From Octopus sinensis (Eukaryota), in contig NC_042997.1 in the NCBI RefSeq assembly GCF_006345805.1, positions 59,768,001 to 59,832,000 on the forward strand: 64,000 bases of DNA, in the 5' to 3' direction. A program made the translations under genes and the position numbers. The notes beneath the pieces are model-generated. The model saw only the letters and a list, made by a program, of their open reading frames with translations. It was not told where the DNA came from and did not search any database. This document shows positions 26,012-37,780 of this stretch, piece after piece (the stretch's first letter is position 1; each line of letters begins with the position of its first letter).

Positions 26012-27650
26012 CAATTGTTTTCAATGTTGGGCCTGGAAAAATGTTGAGGGTGCCTGAGAAAATTTTGAGAGGGCCTTGGAAATTTTCTGGATTGCAAACA
26101 AGCTGTTTTTAGTATTCAATTTGTAGTCTTCACCAGCATTGCTAAAAGATTTTTCCAAAACATGACAAATGTTTATCTCGAAACGTTACAAATGTAACAA
26201 ATAAAATTCCAAAATGTAACAAATCTACGAAATGCTCTTTATGAAAGCATTAACTGATACAAAGAATGAGACTATATTTGAAGCCATCAAATCTTATTTC
26301 AAAGGGAAAGAAATCCCATTATTGAATCTGCTGGAAATTGCTACAGATGGTGCAAATGCAATGACAAGTAAACACAATGGATTTATAGTGAAACTGACCC
26401 CCCCACCCCCACTGCATCAACCATTGACAACACCTTGCTGCTAAATCACTCAATAGTGAAAAGGAGAGTACCCTCCAATTGGTGATTTCATCAGTCAATT
26501 TTGTCAAAGCCAATGCTCTCAACGAAAGGCTATTTTCACAACTCTGAGAAAATGAGGAGCACCAAACGCTTCTATTATATACCAAAGTTCGATGGCAGTC
26601 AAAAGGCGACTATCTTACATGACTTGTACAAATATGGGATACACTTCTGCTTTTCATTGAGAACATGGACCTTCAAGCAAGCTGGCAGAAGCAAAAAGAA
26701 AAAAGCAAACTTCCTTCTTGAAGCAAAGATATAACATAAAGGCAAGAATTTTCTACCTTCCTGACATTTTCTTGTAGGTCAATACCTTAAATAAATCGAT
26801 TCAAGGATGTGGTGCAATGATAGTGGACTGTACAGAGAAGAGATGGTCATTCATAAACAAGCTTGGTTTATGGGTAATTCAGCTTCAATGGGGCGAAATT
26901 TGCCTTTTTCAGTCATCTTGTTAAAACAGAACCATCAGAAGTTGTAATCATCAGTTGTGTCAGCCATTTGAAGAGCTTGCAAATGGATATAAGAAGACGC
27001 TTCCAAGATATACTCAACTTGAAGCCACCAAAGTGGCTTTTTGACCTTCATCATTATGATGTTATTAGCAAGCAAGATTTTAATTCCAGCTTGCAGCCAA
27101 TCATCCTGATCTTAAGGAAGAATGCAATTTTAATGATGAGGTTGGATAGAGAAGGTCTTTGTGGTTGGCTGCATGTAAAAACAACATTTCCAACACTTTT
27201 TCATGAAGCAATCCTCTGCTTTGCAACATCCTGGTTAGTTGAAGCTGGATTTTCCACAGTGAGTGACATTTTCACAAAAAAATGTAATGCTCTTCAAATT
27301 GTGAAAATAGGAGATTTGCATCTCAAGTTGAACCAATTCTTTGATAATAACCTAACTGCAAAACACTAACTGCAAAGTGGCCATTAAGTTGCTTCTTCAT
27401 TTCTTGTAAATAAAAATGTAAATATAATTTTCTTCTATTTTTAGATTTTTTTTTTTTTGCTTGCAGGTTCCATAAACAAGATATTAAAACACTGATGTAG
27501 TATTTATTTAATGATTGTGATTGTACAATTACTACTTTATGGGGTTTATATTCCGGAAGAAGTTCAGATAACTGGTTTAGAGGTCAGTGGGCCTGGGATT
27601 TTTTGATCATAAAAAGTGGGCCTGAAGGTGAAAAAGGTTGAGAACCACGT
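26012..27650 (+). mobile_element. Internally deleted hAT (Buster/Charlie-like) transposon
   Basis: Pieces IATDGANAM, YTKVRWQSKG and dimerisation-domain FATSWLVEAGFS..DLHLKL. Right end AAAAAGGTTGAGAACCAC; left end preceded by CCCTAGAG. Confidence 0.85.
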
Positions 27651-28733
27651 GATAATGCGGTGAAAGCACAAAATATATTGCTTATAATATCTTAAATATG
27701 TGAAATGAATTTGACAAATGAATCCAGCAAATAAAGTTACTTAGTTTCAGAGGTTTTAGTCAATATGTCTAAAATGATACTGTATTTGTTTGGATATGAG
27801 AAAATAATAGATAACATGAGCTGAGATAGTCACTTAAGTTTGTAAATAATGGCTTTTTGGTGCAGATGTAGATCAAGTGGAAGAAATCAAGAAGTTATAT
27901 AGTACATATATAGGCTCTACAAAGAAGCTGACAAACAAGGACAGCTGTAGAATCATAAATCATAAAAGCCTTTCTAATTAATGTTATTAGTGTTACAATT
28001 TTTATCTAAAACATGAAGACATACTAGAATATTCCATTCACTATAGACTAATAGTTTCTTTGTCATGTACAAGATAATGAGTTTAGCAGGAGCAACGAAC
28101 TGACAACGATAAATATGATATACATGCAATCATGAGGAATAGTAATGTTATCTAGAATGTAATAGCAAGAGTGGAGTGCAAGGGAATACATGTAATTTGA
28201 ATCCATAGAGAATTCAGAACTGTAAGTCACACCACAAAGAGAAAGGTAAGGGAGCAGCAATCAAAACCATAATGAAATTCATTATAAGTAGAGGTTTGGA
28301 GTTCCAGAAAATTATATGATGTATTTACTCTCATTTGATATAAAGAATTGTCTTTAAAAGGAGGATGTAGATTAGTTACTAATTGGTTTACAATCCTTCA
28401 TTACAATCTTGCCATAATTAAAACATAGCCATTCTAAAATTCTGAAAAAGGGTAACAATGAACATTGTTGTGTGGAGGGGGTTGAAGCATGCAGTTAGAT
28501 GTAAGTCTGAAGCCTATTTGTCAGGTATGTGGAAATACTGAAGTAACTTTTATAGTCAAGGCTAGAAAATATTCAAGAAAAGGGTTATTAAAATCACTGT
28601 TCAGTATCAGTTTAAAAAGTAAAACTGATAAATGCTTTACAAACAGGCAATTTTAAAACTGATTTTTCGTATATGAGGGAAAAAAGTGGAGAGAACTTAT
28701 GTGGTAAAAAAAAAATAAAATATTCGGTCATGT

Positions 28734-28960
28734 TTAACCCTTTAGCATTTAAACCGGCCATATCTGGCTCAAATATTCTACCTGCTTTATGTCTGAAGTG
28801 ACCAGATCTGACCTCTCAAACCTTCCCTACAATGTCATTCAAAAAATATACTATCACATCACTGAAATCTTGAAATTACAAGATGATGTATGAACTAATT
28901 CAAAACAATATGAATAAAGAAGCATTACATTTGATAATAATCCAAATGCTAAAGGGTTAA
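28734..28960. mobile_element. piggyBac-type MITE, best-preserved copy, TTAA flanks included
   Basis: TTAA-CCCTTTAGCATTT ... AAATGCTAAAGGG-TTAA: perfect 13-bp TIR and TTAA target duplication. Confidence 0.88.
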
Positions 28961-29429
28961 ATATTCAGTATGTTGGCTCTCCTTTAGCTATATCCATCAA
29001 ATCTAACAAAAGAAATGTCTTGAGAAAATGAAAACTTGTCAATTTTAATTCTGATTTAGAGTGAGACTCAAATATAGGTGGTGGCAATAATAACAAACAT
29101 GAAGTGGGACTTTGATATGATTTCAGAGAATATCAGTGATGAAGATAGAGGCAAAGTGAGTGGAAGCATCATCATCATTTAATATTTGTTTTCCATGTTG
29201 ATATGGCTTCGATGGTTTGACAGGTGGTGAACCAGAGGACTGAGCCAAGCTATACTGTCTGCTTTGGCATGGTTTTTATGGTTGGATGTTCTTCCTAACA
29301 CTAAACACTTTTACAGAGTGTATTGGGTGCTTTTTATGCGGAACCAACAAGGTCACCAAGTAAGCTGCAAGACAAAACCCTGCAAATGTGGGGTGGTTAG
29401 TAGTACTGAGGGAATAAATTAAATTTTTT

Positions 29430-30130
29430 TTCATTGGTTTGGTCTAGAAGAAGGAACTGTGTCTATGACTATTGCAGGCTCTCTGAGACTGGCAAGTCTG
29501 ATGCCATTAACATCCCGAATAAACAGTTGCAATTTGACAATTGCCAGAAAAGCATGGGCAAGTAAGAAATTCTTGCAGGTTAATGTTTTGGCAAGGAAGG
29601 ACTGGACACGGTGGTCAGTGTGGAGGCTAGGAGGAGTGAAAACAGTATGGATGATGAGAAGTGGAAAGATGAGAGAGTTTGGAGTGTGTGAGTAACAGCA
29701 CAATATTAGTGAACTCAGATGAACTGAAGTCACTGTTGAAATAAAAAAAAGGCAGAGAGAGGAAACAGCACATCCATGGGCAGAATTTGGACTGTATTTA
29801 AGAGCCAGTTCATACCAAACAGTTAAGTGGCCTTTCTTTGGGTGCTGTCTTGGATGTCTGTGCGTCTAGTAATAGTATACCCCAGATGTTAGAACTACTT
29901 TATTGTAAGAGGGTTAGTAGTTGTTGGGATTAAAGAATTTTATGGTTTCAAAGAGAAAAACAAGTCTTTGAGATGTAGTCTCTGCAATACTAAGGATGGG
30001 CATTCACAAAGAGAGATCCTCAGTGATAGTGAGGCCTGGCAATAGAAGTGATAACACCAATTTTAGTCAGGCATTGTTCATGATCGTAAAGGGGAAGAAC
30101 TGGAATACAATAATGTTTACTTGATATCTA
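29430..30130 (-). mobile_element. Degenerate non-LTR retrotransposon C-terminal remnant
   Basis: Minus-strand pieces resemble LINE post-RT sequence (YSPNSAHGCA, SLCLFY-like, QSFLAKT). No intact ORF. Confidence 0.5.
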
Positions 30131-30325
30131 GAGTGGTTGGTGTTTTTTTTATGCTGAATGGAATAAAAATTGGCACAATTTCATTAGAAGATGCTTCTGA
30201 GATCTCTCTCTCTCTCCCCTCTTCTTTCTCAAAGTAAACAAAAAAGTGATGGTTGCCATGGTAATCACAGGAATCACTAGAATAGATACAACACTAATTA
30301 ACAATTCTGAATAGATGATATTAAA

Positions 30326-30372
<47 letters not shown>

Positions 30373-31149
30373 TATATATATACTATATATGTATATGTTT
30401 GATATAGCATGTCTATTGTTTAGTGTTGCTATAACTATACTGGACTTCTGTGTAATCAAACAGAATCAGGAACTATAAACAGCTACCAAGACGATTTTAA
30501 TGAGAGTTCTTGTTTTTAATCCTGATGTTGAAAGGAATATTTTATTTTAGAGATATCAAAGGTTAGGATTAAAACTTACTTGCAAATTGAACATTAACAG
30601 GACTCGCAAAATTAATGATCCATTCTCAATCTAAGCAATTTATGATATATATATATACCCACATACACCTACAGTGGATTAATATGGGTGAGCCCACAGA
30701 GGCAGTTATCCTGGGTACTCTTTTACCCTTTTACTTGTTTCAGTCATTTGACTGTGGCCATGCTGGAACACCGCCTTTAGTTGAGCAAATTGCCCCCAGG
30801 ACTTAATCTTTGTCAGCCTAGTACTTATTATATCAGACACACAAACATATACAAACACATACATATATATATATACATATATGCGACGGACTTCTTTCAG
30901 TTTCCGTCTACCAAATCCACTCACAAGGCTTTGGTTGGCCCGAGGCTATAGTAGAAGACTATTGACCAAAGTGCTACACAAATGGGACTGAACCCAGAAC
31001 CATGTGGTTCATAAGCAAACTACTTACCACACATTAAAAGTAGAAAAAAACCCAAAATAGTAATAAAAAAAGCATGCCCTCCCGCCAATATATGTCAGCC
31101 ACTAAGTGCTGGAAATTCCATTATGTTTCTATGTATGTGTATGCATGTA

Positions 31150-32289
31150 TCTAGATATCTATAGACACAATCACAAAAACAACAAAATGTATAACAACAT
31201 CAAAGAAATGCTGGTAAAAGAAATGTCAAAAGGGGGATGTATTAAAAGAGTTCATCACCTTTTTTGGAAAAAGACAGCCAGTGAAATAGACCATGACATG
31301 TAAGAACCAGCAGGGATCAAAAGAAATGTAAGACAAAGATGTGTGCCATTGCCATACCTGTTTAATATCTACACTGAGTATATATTCAGAGAGTCCAAAT
31401 AAGATTGAAGAATGGTATCAACAGAAACAGTATAAGATATGCTGATACAGTATTTTTGGCAGACAGCAGTGAGAAATTATAAGAAACTGATGTTGTAAAA
31501 GTGCAGAGTGACAAGAAAGGTATAAATATGAATATGTAAGACAAAACAAAAGGAAGCAAATTTAACCCTTCAGCATTGAAACTGGCCATATCTGGCTGAA
31601 ATATTCTACCTGTTTTATATTCAAACACCCAGATGCAGCCTCTCACACCTACCCTGCAATGTCTGTCTTAAATTAATCATGTATTATCTTGTAGCTTTGA
31701 AAATCTCAAAGCTACAAGATAATGCATGATTAATTCAAAACAATGTGAATAAATAAGCATTACATTTGACAGAATAATCTGAATGCGAAAAGGTTAAAGA
31801 ATGGACAGAAGCTTGAGCAAGTAAAAAACTTTAATTATGCTAAATGATAAATTAGGAAGATTGGTGTGGTAAAGATTAAACTGGTGTGGAAAAGATTAAA
31901 CTTGATTAAATAAGGCTATAACAACATTTATTAGAATGAAAAAGATCTTCACCTCAAAAGACATAATACTGCATCTACAACTGAGGCTTGTAAAGTGTTA
32001 TATTCTGCCAATTGTCCTCTATGGGGCAGAAACTTGGATGATATGCAAAGCTATGGAGAAAAAGCTAGAAGCCTTTGAGGTGTGGATCTTTTTGCAGATT
32101 GGGCTGGATGAGCTGGAAAGACAGGGTAATGAATGCTGCAGTACTAGAAAAGCTGAAAGTCTAAAGACACCTAATGTTAAGAAAGAAGTTCAAAAAAATA
32201 TATTTTGGACACAGAATGCATCATAATTCATTGCCCAAGACTATCCTGACAGGGACTGTTGTGGGGAAGATATTTGCGAAATGACAACG
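31150..32289 (+). mobile_element. Degenerate RTE-clade LINE remnant
   Basis: Pieces LFNIYTEYI, IRYADTVFLA and LVKCYILPIVLYGAETW, interrupted by MITEs. Confidence 0.75.
31562..31797. mobile_element. piggyBac-type MITE inside an RTE remnant
   Basis: TTAACCCTTCAGCATT ... AATGCGAAAAGGTTAA. Confidence 0.78.
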
Positions 32290-32706
32290 TTAACCCTTCA
32301 ATATTTAGACTGGCCAGATCAGGCCTCCCACACCTACCATACAATGTCATTTTAAAAATAAACAATCACATCATCAGAATCTCAAAGCTACGAGATAATG
32401 CATAATTAATTCAAAGTAATCCTTTCTACTAAATGCACAAGACCTGAAATCTTAGGGGGGGGGGGTTAGTCGATTACATTGACCCCAGTGTGTGACTGGT
32501 ACTTATTTCATTGACCCCCAAAAGGATGAAAGGCAAAGTTGACCTTGGCAGAATTTGAACTCGGAACATAAGAATGGATGAAATGCTGCTAAGCATTTTG
32601 TCCAGCATGCTAACAATTCTGCCAGATCACCATCTTAAAATTAATTCAAAACAATGTGAATAAATAAACATTACATTTGATAGTAATCTGAATGCTAAAA
32701 GGTTAA
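32290..32706. mobile_element. piggyBac-type MITE with a nested minus-strand SINE (~32420-32637)
   Basis: TTAA ends; the SINE is flanked by duplicated AATTAATTCAAA. Confidence 0.78.
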
Positions 32707-33090
32707 AGAATAGACTGAAAACAAGAATCTGGCTGATTATATACATTTCAGCACAACACAAAGGGAACTGGAGTCTTGGCAAGTCAACCACATGTATTTA
32801 TGTATGTATGTATGTGTGAGAGAGCATGGCCTAGTAGTTAGGGTGTTGCACCTACAATTGTGAGATCATGGTTTCAGTTCCTGGACCAGGTGACGCGTCA
32901 TGTTCTTGAGAAAAATACTTCATCTCTGCTATGTGATCACCAAGCAACGCTGATTTGATGGAGGGATTGAACTAATGTACAGCACATATATTTAATCACT
33001 ATAAACAAATCATTTGTGCAGGTTGTTCAGAAAGAAATTGCAGAACCATCTTTCTTGGGAAGAGAGACTACTATCATGTATGTGTCTATG

Positions 33091-33180
<90 letters not shown>

Positions 33181-33991
33181 GTATGTTTGGGAGACTTTGT
33201 TAAAGAAGTCCCAAGTGATACAAGTAGAGGGGACCTGCAGAAGAGAAGGAAGACATGGGAAGAACTGGTAAAAACTGATCTTAGAAGGCTGAATGTTATG
33301 ATAAAGGTGACAAAAAACCAGGACAAATGGGGAGAGTTTGTGTGGGAGAAAATTCATCCAAACCAACCAAGTATTAAAAAAAAACAATGGATATAAAAAT
33401 GATGATACACAATCTTTTGATGTGATCAAGCTTGTTCTTTTAAATTGCTGATAGTATGAAAAATATTCAAATATTAATGAATGTGGCTGAGCGATCACTG
33501 ATAAGATAGTTCTGCCAATTTAGATAAATTACTCGTGAATGTGTCTAATAGTTGTTGTAGACTATCACACAAGAGCTTCTCAAATCACACAAACCAACAA
33601 GAGAATCTCTATGCAGTCTCTCAGCATGAAAAAAAAACAGTCATATATTCCCCAGATCTTTACTTTTACAGAAGAACATGTTTGTTAATATTCCTAGTAC
33701 CTAATGTCTAGAGAAAAAGATATGGTGGTTAAAGCGGCAATGCCTTTCTCCATTAACTATATTTGATCAAAGTAGTTAGCATTGTTGATGCTTCTGTGGA
33801 ATTACTACAAGGGTCAGAAAGAAAATGAAGATAGGCTGAGAGTTCCTAGGAGAAAGAAGTCCAACCTAACCTCAGACATGGCCAGATTATAATTCATGGC
33901 ACATAGATAAGTTCCTTTTAGAAAAATCCAGCCGACTCACATTAGTCTTTTGAATTAAAATAGCTCACTTGAATGATTTAAAACCTTACAA

Positions 33992-34322
33992 CAGGGATTC
34001 TCAACCATTTTTTATCTATGGACTCCTTTGATTACTATTTTATTTTGGTGGTCTCCCATAGCCACTCAATGTTTAAAAACTAGTTTTATAGAAACTTCTT
34101 TCAAAATTCATATTTTCTTTTACACACATTAACTTATGTAGTTTGAACTATGTAAAATGTCAGAGAAACCTGTTTCTTGCAATACATAAATGAAAATCAA
34201 AATTTTTTTTTGGGCCTCTAAAATACTATTGTGGGTCCCCAATTTACTATTTTGCTATGTGGATCCCAAAAAATCTTATATCGACCCTCAGGGGCCATAT
34301 GAACCCCGATTGAGAATCACTG
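33992..34322. mobile_element. hAT MITE
   Basis: TIRs CAGGGATTCTCAA / TTGAGAATCACTG; degenerate 8-bp TSD CCTTACAA / CCTTGTAG. Confidence 0.8.
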
Positions 34323-35149
34323 CCTTGTAGGAATGTGAGCTTCATAATACACACACAAATATATATATATTTGTATATATAAGTTTGACTTTGAGCTCAT
34401 AGTTTTATACTTGGTTTTAAGGAGCATGTAAGACCTCTTCTGTGGACAAGTCGCAGCCTGCTGCAAGGTCAACTTATTTCAGCTGAATAAAATGGAGCAA
34501 TGTGAAATGAAGTGACTAGTTCAAGGACACAACACACTACTTAGTTTACAAATTTAACTGACGATTTAACAATCGGAATCCTAATACTCAAAACAGTAGG
34601 CCTGTCATATTTAGATATATGTGTATATATATTTTATGGATATTTCATGTTAGGCAATACGTAGTGTTTACTAGTCTTCAGAAATAATATTTATTTGTTA
34701 AGCTTTAGCAGGACAAAGCTTCCGAGGAAAGTGAAACAGCTGCATTACAAACAGGATTAAAATGAAGGAAATTTAGTTATTATTTTCTTAGAAGCGTGGT
34801 TTAACGCGGATTCTAGCGTCAGACGAAAATGCGTTGCAGAATTTGATTGATGGCACTTTATATACTGTGTTCAAAACCTCTAGAAGTAAACTTTCCTTCC
34901 TTTCTTTGAATTTAATCCACTATACTGTCACTCAAAATTAGTAGCTTTGCGCTTATACATTCATATTTGCAAAAACGGGCGAAGGTAAAGAATAATGGTT
35001 AGGGTTAAGGTTTTTGTTTCGCCGAAGGCAGATGGTGTGCGTATTCTTTACCTCCGCCTAAAAGCGAATGAGTGTTTTGTGACTAATAGATTCTTATAGG
35101 ATCTTTTTCAGATTAAAACTTGTGGTTGGAAGAAAACGAAAATGATCCC

Positions 35150-35190
<41 letters not shown>

Positions 35191-35264
35191 GGAAAGAATA
35201 ATTTTGTTGAATTGGATGTTATACTGGAGAAAAAAGAGGGTGTAATACGAGACGCTATTACATT

Positions 35265-35331
<67 letters not shown>

Positions 35332-36725
35332 ATAGAGCTACACATGAATTTGTATACAGACAGCATGCTCAGATCTTGTATGAAATAAACAGCAGCGATG
35401 TCAACAAAGACAGGTTATTTAAAAACAGTCATGGAAGGACTGAAACAGTTTGATTTTCGATGACTGTTTTTTTTAAATGTTGATAACGGGGCGTGTGAGC
35501 TATAATAAAAGCATATATCTAATTCGATGACTTAGCCTATGGGTCTTTAAATTGAGCTTGATGTTCGTCAAATCTCCTAAGAAAACAAATAATGGAAAAT
35601 AAAATTTGAAAACTTTATCTGTGAAAGAATGTCTAAAACTAAGTTTATATTTCAATAATGTTATTCTTTTTATAAAGTAGTTTCCCCCCACCTATCCATT
35701 ACATTTCTATTGTAGATGGGATTTTTTTCTATTCGACAAACAGCTTATTCATTTCTGTAATAGAGCCCGGGTAATCAAAAGCGTGCCTGTTCAGTCAGAT
35801 GCGTGATTAATTTCTAAAAAGTCCAGGAACACTTCATTCCCTACCACCTCCACTACAACATGACTAATGCTGACATCATAACAACGATAAAAATGAAAAT
35901 AATTTCTTTAGATGATTTTTCTTCGGCGGGAACTTGTTGATTACATTTACCCCTATCGACCTCAGAAAGGCCAAGTGAAAATCAAGTGGGATTTTAACTC
36001 AGAACTTATAGAGGGTGAACACAAACAATAATCCCAACGCTCTTAGATTTCGCCATAAATGAATTTGGTTAGGGGTAAGAGACCAGTTTTGCAGGAGAGG
36101 GACTGATTATCGATTAATATTAGTAATAGTAACAACAACGATTCGAATATTCTTTCTCATTGATTAATTGAAGGTAAACATTAAGGCAAAACACACACAC
36201 AAAGGAAAGCTCTAATCAATAGATATTTTTAAATAGAGAGTATTTTGTGCAAACATCTAAGGATGAAAGGAAACTAACGAAAAGTTAGATATTAATTGAC
36301 TGATACAGGCTTTGTAGTTTTCGTTTCTCTTTTCGGTATTTTATGACAAACCAGATGGAGATTTGGCTAATGCTTGAACTTCAGCCAAATCATCCTAAAA
36401 TAAAGCCAGCCGAACCTCCGATATAAGCACCTTCGGTCGAAAATCGGCATTCATTGCCTGAAAATCTCTGGCTTTCAAGGGATAGGTTTGCTGGAGAGAA
36501 AGAGAGAGAGAGGGAGAAAGAGAGTGAGTGTGTGTGCGTGTGTTTAGTAGGATGACGAACGGAAATATTCCTCCGTATATATCGCCTGAAATATTTTCTG
36601 GCACAATATCACTGGTTTTAATTTTGATTTCAGTTTTGAACGAATTTAAAAAATCAGCTATAGTGGGCGGACTTAAGGAATAACACAAGGGTGACTGGGA
36701 AATAGAAATCAAAGACTTTGCTCAC

Positions 36726-37220
36726 CTCTTCTAGTTGTCTTTGTAACTCGGTAACCATCATCTTTAGGTAGTCGTAGCTAGCACAAGTAAGAGCTTTCAT
36801 CCAACTTTCCATCTCTTCTTGGGTGTTGGAACTCAGGACGTATGTCCGGGCACCCGATCGTGGGAAGACTATTTCGAATGTGAAAGATTCCCCAGATGTA
36901 GCCCCACCATTTCCTGTGGAAGATCCATTATTACAACTACCGCAGCTGTTGATGTGGTGAGCTGCAGCAAGTTCAATAGTACATCCTTCGAGTACTACTA
37001 CCCCCATTGGTTCCTTATCGTGTTTCTTTTCATAGTAGAACAAAAGATTGCCCTTAAGAATGAACCATCGGCGCTGAAATGATTTGTTTAGTTCTCCTTT
37101 CTTTTGAAGGTATCCCTCTTTATCCGAGGACCTATTCGAGTTAGCGAAGTGTATTAAACTCTTCTCGTTGATTTTCATTTTCTTTTTGAAATTTTTTACT
37201 TTACTAACACGTTGGTTCAT
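36726..37220 (-). CDS. PHETA1: First coding exon of a sesquipedalian / IPIP27 family PH-domain endocytic adaptor (PH domain plus start of coiled coil)
   Basis: Translation MKINEKSLIHFA..DKEGYLQKKGELNKSFQRRWFILKGNLLFYYEK..EPMGVVVLEGCTIEL..ARTYVLSSNTQEEMESWMKALTCASYDYLKMMVTELQRQLEE matches the recalled Ses1/Ses2 N-terminus (human MKLNERSLAFYA..RRWFVLRGNMLFYF..EPVGVIILEGCTVEL..KALSRASFDYLRLVVRELEQQL). In-frame ATGs at 37220 and 37178 (the family-conserved Met). Similarity ends at GAG|GTGAGC, a phase-0 donor (GT at 36725-36724). Probably co-orthologous to PHETA1 and PHETA2. Confidence 0.92.
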
Positions 37221-37675
37221 AGTTGAGAAATAAAATAATTGAATCCAGGCCGGCTGCTAGCCGCCACGCCACCTCTGAAAGACTGTGTGTTGTTTCGGGC
37301 GAAGCAAAGGAGTGTATCACTGCCGGGAAACGTAATCTGCTGTAGTTTTGATGGCATGCTGCTTCTACCTGGAACATGATGCTGCTGATGGCGGTGGTGG
37401 TAGTGACTGTAGTAGTTTGATTGGCGATAGTGTTGGTGATGGTTGCAGTCGTGATAACAACAATGATTCAGAAAGGGTTTGGGGTATCTAAAACAAGGGG
37501 AATTTGTGAAGGAACTGCCAGAAAAAATAGGGTTATGTTGATATTGCACGCGTTGTGACAAGGATTGCGTCCTTGTCAGCATCAACACATTCATCCTTCG
37601 ACCACCCCAGTAATATATCTTCCTGGATTTTTCCAATTACCCTTCGACATTGATACGCTATCAAATTTCTGATAA

Positions 37676-37780
37676 GAAGGGGGCGGTGCCCAAATAATAT
37701 CACTGTTAGCAAGCAATTTTCTTTCTTTGCTTCTGTCACTTACAGGAGTCAGCAGCGGATATGACGTGGCGGAAGTAGTG
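37676..37780 (-). promoter_or_regulatory. Candidate TATA-less promoter of the sesquipedalian gene: GC box, CRE/UPRE-like and ETS motifs
   Basis: GGGGCGG near 37680, TGACGTGG at 37762-37769 and GCGGAAGT at 37769-37776, at the edge of a CpG-containing, repeat-free stretch ~500 bp upstream of the ATG. Confidence 0.5.

Noticed and set aside
26232-27369. Domesticated ZBED/SCAND3-like host gene
   Set aside because: Many frameshifts and stops with retained transposon ends indicate a dead hAT element.
35416-35478. Hairpin ATTTAAAAACAGTCAT..ATGACTGTTTTT..AAAT as a pre-miRNA
   Set aside because: Short AT-rich stem with a large loop; more likely a small TE-derived palindrome.
36654-36725. ORF tail VSKVFDFYFPVTLVLFLKSAHYS as the real C-terminus
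   Set aside because: It begins exactly at a GTGAGC donor where family similarity stops, so it is most likely intron read-through.
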